Of a stretch of 64,000 nt of DNA, positions 58,358 through 64,000 are shown one piece after another. Numbering within the stretch: the first letter of the stretch is position 1; the number at the start of each line of letters is the position of its first letter. Both the position numbers and the translations under genes were made by a program. Source of the DNA: an uncultured delta proteobacterium (GTDB lineage Bacteria; Desulfobacterota; BSN033; UBA1163); the NCBI GenBank assembly GCA_963827685.1, contig CAWHBU010000006.1, forward strand, positions 288,001 through 352,000, in the 5' to 3' direction. The notes beneath the pieces are model-generated. The model searched no databases and was not told where the DNA came from. It worked only from the letters and a program-made list of their open reading frames with translations.

Positions 58358-59844
58358 GGCAACCCCTCCTCGGCAAGTTGAATGGCTTTGATAATGGCCT
58401 GGGCCTTGTGCAGCGTTTCTTCGTATTCCTTCTCCGGATCGGAATCAGCGACCACGCCTCCGCCTGCCTGTACATAAGCCTTCCCATCCTTGATGAGAAT
58501 GGAGCGTATCGTAATGCAGGTATCCATGTTTCCCAGAAAACTGAAGTACCCTACGGCTCCGGCATAAAACCCGCGGCGGGAGGGTTCTAACTCTTCGATG
58601 ATTTCCATTGCCCGGATCTTCGGAGCGCCGGAAACGGTCCCGGCAGGAAAAGTGGCCCGAAAGATGTCGAAGGCGTTTTTCTCCGGGGCGAGCGTTCCCT
58701 GGACATTGGAAACAATATGCATCACATGGGAATATTTTTCCACGGTCATCAACTCGGTCACCTTGACCGAGCCAATTTCGGAGACGCGGCCCACATCATT
58801 TCGGCCGAGGTCAACCAGCATAATATGTTCGGCCTTCTCCTTCTCGTCGGCCAGAAGATCTTTTTCCATCTTCCGGTCTTCTTCCGGCGTTCTTCCCCTG
58901 GGCCGGGTGCCGGCAATCGGCCTGAGTTCAATCTGCTTACCTTCCAGACGAACCATCACTTCGGGAGAACTTCCCATGAGGATCATACCGTTCATCTTTA
59001 GATAGAAGAGATAGGGCGAGGGGTTGATGCTTCGAAGGGCGCGATAAACATCGAAAGGTTCGCCATGAATCTCCGTTGAAAACCGTTGCGAAGGAACTAC
59101 CTGGATGATGTCTCCGGCTCGAATATACTCCTTTGCCCTTTCCACGACTTTCATATAGTCCTGCTTGCTGAAATTTGAGCGCAGCGGAGAGGGAGTAAAA
59201 GGCTTCCTCTCTGGAGAAGGAGGGTTATGTCTTTGCAGCCTCGCGATAATCGACTTGATTTTTCCCTGAGCCTCTTGATAGGCTGCTTCGATAGATTGGC
59301 GGGGGGATTGCCGGTCGTCTAAGAACGCATTGATAATGATCTTGATCTTCTTCCTTAAATTGTCGAAGACCAGCAGGGTATCGGTGATCATGAACGAGCA
59401 GTCATAAAGGTCGATGTCCTGTTTAAGTTGCTCTGGAATCCTCTCAAAAGACCTCACGACATCATAACTGAGGTAGCCCACCGCCCCCCCGGAAAACCGT
59501 GGAAGATCGTCATGCTGAACAGGGTGGTAAATCCCCATAAAACCCTGAAGCGCTCGGAGCGGGTCTTTCACCTTACCCCTTTGAACGACTTCACCCTTCT
59601 TAAGAATTTCAAAATCCTCTCCTTTGCTCCGGAAGAGGTGCGAGGACCCGGAGCCCAAGAAACTGTAACGACCCCATTTCTCCCCTCCCTCCACACTTTC
59701 GAGAAGGAAAGAGGACTTTCCATCATCGATCTTCCGAAAGGCCGAGAGGGGTGTCTCCAGGTCATAGTGAATTTCCTCAAAGATGGGAATGAGGTTGCCC
59801 TGGGTCGCCAATTGTTTAAAATCGGATAAAGAGGGAGCGATCAT
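58354..59844 (-). CDS. trpE: Anthranilate synthase component I
   Basis: LLES, NPSPY, PIAGT, EHIMLVDLGRND and GAPKIRA motifs. Confidence 0.96.
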   Translation of the reverse strand: MIAPSLSDFKQLATQGNLIPIFEEIHYDLETPLSAFRKIDDGKSSFLLESVEGGEKWGRYSFLGSGSSHLFRSKGEDFEILKKGEVVQRGKVKDPLRALQGFMGIYHPVQHDDLPRFSGGAVGYLSYDVVRSFERIPEQLKQDIDLYDCSFMITDTLLVFDNLRKKIKIIINAFLDDRQSPRQSIEAAYQEAQGKIKSIIARLQRHNPPSPERKPFTPSPLRSNFSKQDYMKVVERAKEYIRAGDIIQVVPSQRFSTEIHGEPFDVYRALRSINPSPYLFYLKMNGMILMGSSPEVMVRLEGKQIELRPIAGTRPRGRTPEEDRKMEKDLLADEKEKAEHIMLVDLGRNDVGRVSEIGSVKVTELMTVEKYSHVMHIVSNVQGTLAPEKNAFDIFRATFPAGTVSGAPKIRAMEIIEELEPSRRGFYAGAVGYFSFLGNMDTCITIRSILIKDGKAYVQAGGGVVADSDPEKEYEETLHKAQAIIKAIQLAEEGLP

Positions 59845-59921
59845 TTTTCTAACCTCCTCGTTGTTAAAACAAGCCAGAAAACAACTCCAGCCAGAACCTC
59901 ATCGGTGTGTCTATCCATTCA

Positions 59922-60188
59922 GTAAGCATCCCCCGGCAAAGCCGGGGGTTTTACGATTGCTGGCCCCTCAAAAGGGCCTGGTCGCAATCGGTCAAAATCA
60001 AAACCGAGAACCATTCATTGTTCGGTCTTTCGTAAAAGTTCTTGTTGTCGTCATTCCTGCGAAAGCAGGAATCCAGTTTTTTTCTGGATTCCGGGTCGCG
60101 TTTCACTTGCCCGGAATGACGATCCTACATTCCCGGCACTGTCAACCCCGTACTCGATACGGGCCCCGGCAGAGCCGGGGGGTTACCT
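59922..60188. mobile_element. Non-autonomous IS200/IS605-type element with nested REP doublet (60050-60120)
   Basis: Terminal hairpins CCCCGGCAAAGCCGGGG and CCCCGGCAGAGCCGGGG; internal GTCATTCC..GGAATGAC. Confidence 0.6.
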
Positions 60189-60221
60189 AAGTGCTAATTA
60201 AGCAGTTTTTTCCTCCAGTCA

Positions 60222-61346
60222 TTAAAACCCTTGCAAATGGTCTCCCGGAGATTTTCCCATTTCTACTTCATATGGATTTCTTAAATACCTGCGCTCAGTA
60301 TTGGTGAATTTGATCAGCCTCTCCAATTTATTGAAGGCTTCCCCCGAATCGATGGATTGATTGGCCAACTCAATCCCTTCGCCGAGATTTTTTGCCCTTC
60401 CGGCTATCATAAAGACTGCTGCCGCGTTCAAAACAGTGATATCTCGCTTTACCCCTCGAGTGCCCCTTAGGATCTCAACGATGATCTCGGCGTTTTTTTT
60501 CTTATCCCCGCCTTCGATCTCAATGAGCTTTCCCCTTTTCAACCCGAAATCTTTAGGCTTGATGAGGTAGGTCTTTATTCGTCCACCTTTAAACTCCGTA
60601 ACCTTGGTCTTTCCAGTGATGCTCATCTCATCCAAGGTATCTTCTCCGTGGACAACGAGACCCTTTTGAATCCCAAGATTCTTCAAAACAGTGGCCATCG
60701 TCTCTGTCAACCTTGGTTCATAAACGCCCAATACCTGGATCTTTGCGCCTGCGGGGTTGATCAAAGGTTCCAAAAGGTTGAATATCGTCCTGATGCCGAT
60801 CTTCTCCCGGAGTGCAATAATGTGTCTCAAACCACTCTGGGCTAAAGGTTCGTAAAGGAAACAAATACCAATTTCCTTAATGCATCTTTCCAGTTGAGTG
60901 GATGTCATATCCAGATTGATCCCCAGTGCCTCAACGACATCTGCAGATCCACAAAGAGGAGAAACAGATTTTCTCCCATGTTTGGCCACTTTTAGACCCC
61001 CTCCTGCCACCACGAAGGCTGTTGCTGTCGAGATATTAAATGTTTTTGTTCCCTCCGTTAACCCCTTTGCCGTGCTTAGGATCGTTTCCCTTTCGACCGT
61101 GATTTCTTCACGGTCCACGCATACAACATCCTCTCCTCCATTGATCATCGAGACCTTATCCTTGATGACTCTTGCTGCTACGGTGATCTCTTGAGGGGTC
61201 TCTCCCTTCATCCTTAAGGCTGTAATAAATGAAGCGATTTGTGCATCGGATGCACTTCCTTTTGTAATCTCCTCCATCACCTCTCTCATTTCTTCTTCTG
61301 TTAAATCTCTCTTTAAAACCACCTTGCCTGTTGATTCTTTGATCAT
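60222..61346 (-). CDS. TrpD paralog with degenerate PRPP-binding loop
   Basis: Collinear with trpD, but GTGGD is replaced by KGLTE, KHGNR by KHGRK and GPL by EPL. Confidence 0.85.
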   Translation of the reverse strand: MIKESTGKVVLKRDLTEEEMREVMEEITKGSASDAQIASFITALRMKGETPQEITVAARVIKDKVSMINGGEDVVCVDREEITVERETILSTAKGLTEGTKTFNISTATAFVVAGGGLKVAKHGRKSVSPLCGSADVVEALGINLDMTSTQLERCIKEIGICFLYEPLAQSGLRHIIALREKIGIRTIFNLLEPLINPAGAKIQVLGVYEPRLTETMATVLKNLGIQKGLVVHGEDTLDEMSITGKTKVTEFKGGRIKTYLIKPKDFGLKRGKLIEIEGGDKKKNAEIIVEILRGTRGVKRDITVLNAAAVFMIAGRAKNLGEGIELANQSIDSGEAFNKLERLIKFTNTERRYLRNPYEVEMGKSPGDHLQGF

Positions 61347-61391
61347 CCCCTTGCTCCTTTCATTTGGATTTAAATAATTTTCCTTTAAAAC

Positions 61392-61494
61392 AAAAAAGGC
61401 TATGGTCAGAAACCATAGCCTTTTTGAACTGCGTCTGCCTATGAAGAGGCAGAAACAAAAAAGGCCATGGGAGACTAGAAGCCGCCCATGGCCC
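61392..61494 (-). terminator. Two tandem intrinsic terminators in the trp leader
   Basis: GGCCATGGG..CCCATGGCCTTTTTT (61494-61457) and AGGCTATGG..CCATAGCCTTTTTT (61425-61392). Confidence 0.8.
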
Positions 61495-61513
61495 TTACTT
61501 CTAATTCAAACGC

Positions 61514-61597
61514 TTATGATGGCACCGGGCAGACCTCCCCCTCTATGTTCTGCCACCACCACCAATTACCCTGTTTGATTCTGAAAATAATCTCCAC
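61514..61597 (-). CDS. trpL: trp attenuator leader peptide MEIIFRIKQGNWWWWQNIEGEVCPVPS
   Basis: AGAGGA RBS, GTG start, four consecutive TGG codons, upstream of terminators and the trp genes. Confidence 0.88.
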   Translation of the reverse strand: MEIIFRIKQGNWWWWQNIEGEVCPVPS

Positions 61598-61797
61598 CTA
61601 AATCCTCTTTGTTCAATATTAGCTATTGTTTAACAAATTCCCCCGGGACTTGTCAAGTTTTTTTAAAAAGAGCTCTAAAAACCTGCTACAGGCTCTGATG
61701 AGGCATTTTCTTTAGAATAGAGACCCCCCTCCAGCGCCATCCTGGTCACCGGCATGGGGTTCCCTTCTGCCACGTCCGGTGCACCTACTCGCTCGCT

Positions 61798-62055
61798 TCA
61801 CCGATATATGTCTTTGCGGTGGCCAACCTTCACAATCCAGACAGTAAGTTCATCGTCGTGAATTGAATATACGATCCGATATCGTCCTTGACGGACGCGA
61901 TATCTTTCTTGACCGGTCAACTTCTCGCAGCCTGGTGGGCGAGGATTTTCTGCAAGCGTTTTGATCCGCTGAAGAATCTTCTTCAGATCGCTCCTGGGTA
62001 TTGAAGCAAAATCCTTCTCAACGGATGCTCGGAAGTAGACTTTATATGCGGCCAT
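61798..62055 (-). CDS. RelE/ParE-family toxin
   Basis: LAENPRP.G..KL.G...YRVRQG.YRIVY...VGHRKDIY. Confidence 0.92.
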   Translation of the reverse strand: MAAYKVYFRASVEKDFASIPRSDLKKILQRIKTLAENPRPPGCEKLTGQERYRVRQGRYRIVYSIHDDELTVWIVKVGHRKDIYR

Positions 62056-62278
62056 CTTTTCTCAGCCTTTTGACCATCTCGTCATAGCTGATCAAAGGCT
62101 CTCTAACCCTTGTTTCAAACGCCGCAAGATCCTCGGCGTCTTCTGCAAGGGCTTCTCGGACCGCTTTGTTGACAAGCTCCGATACCGACGTGGATGTCTC
62201 AACCGCCTTTAGACGCAGAGCTTTATGTAGATCGGGTTCAAAGTAGACTGTGGCTCGTTTGGCTTGAGTTGCCATCAT
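62042..62278 (-). CDS. CopG/RHH antitoxin
   Basis: KRATVYF..DLHKALR..SVSELVN; overlaps the toxin start. Confidence 0.88.
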   Translation of the reverse strand: MMATQAKRATVYFEPDLHKALRLKAVETSTSVSELVNKAVREALAEDAEDLAAFETRVREPLISYDEMVKRLRKDGRI

Positions 62279-62402
62279 AGCACCTCCCATTGTAGCTATG
62301 TAACTATAACACTATAACGCCATGACGTCAAGCTCTTCATTTTCAATCTTAAAGCGAACGACCCCTCCCCCGCATGAGATCGTCGTATACAGAAACAATT
62401 CT

Positions 62403-62509
62403 GGGGCCAAATCTTTATCTTTGATTTTCGGTTGATTGCCTTTCCTTACACAAAGACTTTCTTTTCCTTGAGAAACGTTGTCCATTGTCAAGAATAAAGA
62501 TTTGATCCC
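62403..62509. repeat. GGG(G)TCAAATCTTTAT-type inverted repeat
   Basis: GGGGCCAAATCTTTATCTTTGA ... TCAAGAATAAAGATTTGATCCC. Confidence 0.55.
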
Positions 62510-62619
62510 AAAGCCTTACTGATTCGGAATTTTATCTAATCACCTCCTGTATTTTTCAATGCACACCACTTTTTTCTTGACATCCGTGTGCTTGAATGCA
62601 ATCATGACAACCTATCAAT

Positions 62620-62766
62620 CATCGAGCGATGATACCGCTCAATCTTCCCCTGGGTCTACGGAGGGTACGGCTTTCTCCAGGTGTGGGTCATTTTCTTATC
62701 CTTCAAGTAGTCACGAAGGCTTGAAGAGATAAAGCAGGGACTATTATCAGACTGCAGTTTGGGACG
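62620..62766 (-). pseudogene. Decayed rve-type (IS3/IS481-like) transposase fragment
   Basis: RPKLQSDNSPCFIS...KPYPP*TQGKIERYHRSM with an internal stop. Confidence 0.75.
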
Positions 62767-63000
62767 GAGATAGACAACCACATGCATCACACGCATTTTT
62801 CTTCTTGCCATGGGTCATTTCCTCCGGTATTGTATCTATTAAACCATAGCTTAGATAAAGCTGTTAAGTCTCCAAATTCATCCGAAACGGAACAATTTCA
62901 ACATATGCGTAAATATATGTTGACTCATATATTCTTTTACAAAAAAACTAATTATTAAATTTTATTGCGATTTTGATTCATAAATCCAAAGGAGTTAAAA

Positions 63001-63888
63001 ATGGGCTATTCAGAAACCAAATGTGAAATTTTCAATGCAGACGACAAAACCAAACTCAACGTTTACGAGTGGATACCTAAAAATAATATTCGTGCTGTTT
63101 TTCTAGCGATCCATGGCGGTATGGCTCATGGCGGAGATTTTGTTACACCGGCTCTGTATTTTCTTGAAAAGGGTGTTGCGACTTATGCGCCGGACCTCAG
63201 GTGGCACGGAACATATCCAAAATACAACGCTGGCGGAAAAGTATTTTTTCACGTTGACAGCATTGATGAGACCATCAATGACATCCATAATTTATATCTC
63301 TGGATCAGGAAGAAACATTCAAGCCTGCCGATTTTTATTTTGTGCCATTCCTACGGAGCATTGGTCTCTCTGAATTACGGGTTGACTGCAGCAAAAGATG
63401 ATGATATTTCCGGTTTCATCGTTTCATCACCCTGGCTTAAAAATATTGTCCAAGTGCCCAAAGCCCTTGAAATAGTGGCAAAGGTAATAGCCAGGATAAA
63501 CCCAAAATTTGCAATAAAACCCAAACCTTTAACCGATAACCTGACTCATGATCCTGTAATCACAGCCCGGCACCACGAGGACGAAAGAATCGGTATTCGG
63601 GGAACCCAGGGCTCTGCAAGCCTCATCATCGAGTTGCCCAAGGCACAAGACTTTGTCATAGAAAATATGAAGAATTGGACAAAATTTCCTATTTTTGCAG
63701 TATTGGCAGGGCAAGATAAACTCGCTGATCCGGCAACAAGTGAAATGGCATTGACACAGGTTCCCCAAAAACTTCTTACACTAAAAAAATATGAAAATAA
63801 TTTTCACGAAAATTTTAATGAAGTAAATCGTAATGAAATATTTAACCTTGTATGGAATTGGATGGGCGATTTTTTGAAAAAACCTTAA
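63001..63888 (+). CDS. Alpha/beta hydrolase (lysophospholipase/monoacylglycerol lipase-like)
   Basis: IHGG, DLRWHG, CHSYG nucleophile elbow, D.L and FHE..NE; AT-rich. Confidence 0.9.
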   Translation: MGYSETKCEIFNADDKTKLNVYEWIPKNNIRAVFLAIHGGMAHGGDFVTPALYFLEKGVATYAPDLRWHGTYPKYNAGGKVFFHVDSIDETINDIHNLYLWIRKKHSSLPIFILCHSYGALVSLNYGLTAAKDDDISGFIVSSPWLKNIVQVPKALEIVAKVIARINPKFAIKPKPLTDNLTHDPVITARHHEDERIGIRGTQGSASLIIELPKAQDFVIENMKNWTKFPIFAVLAGQDKLADPATSEMALTQVPQKLLTLKKYENNFHENFNEVNRNEIFNLVWNWMGDFLKKP

Positions 63889-64000
63889 ACGGAAATCAAA
63901 AGTAGAAATAAAGCAAAGGAAAAAGGGTCAGGCCTTGCAATCATACATTTTCATATACGCTCCACCCATTTTATTGCCCGACTCATGGTAGCATAGTGGA

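Overview
Bacterial chromosomal window, most consistent with an anaerobic deltaproteobacterium/Desulfobacterota-like organism (inferred from gene content; not verified by search). The backbone carries class II nrdJ with tandem NrdR boxes, ppiD, a sigma54 two-component pair, ruvCAB-yebC-tRNA-Val, panD and an attenuated trp operon. Accessory content: (i) a dispersed minus-strand type II PKS/FAS cluster resembling ladderane/aryl-polyene clusters (one active KS, two catalytically dead KS-like proteins, FabZ, two methyltransferases, two CrtI-like oxidoreductases, two B12-radical SAMs); (ii) a CsoR/CstR-DsrE-TusA-DsrMK-like-FadL sulfur-trafficking operon; (iii) IS4, IS30, IS1202 and IS3 elements plus many nested MITE/REP-like repeats. 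The best novelty candidate is a 4969-bp IS1-family cargo transposon (31903-36871; terminal inverted repeats plus 8-bp target duplication) that splits a response-regulator gene. It carries two toxin-antitoxin modules, a DUF3467-like third component and a perfectly folded short-arm tRNA that combines a Ser (GCU) anticodon with arginine identity elements. The tRNA promoter shares a palindromic operator with the divergent HigBA-like promoter. All family calls come from reading motifs by eye; no database searches were run.
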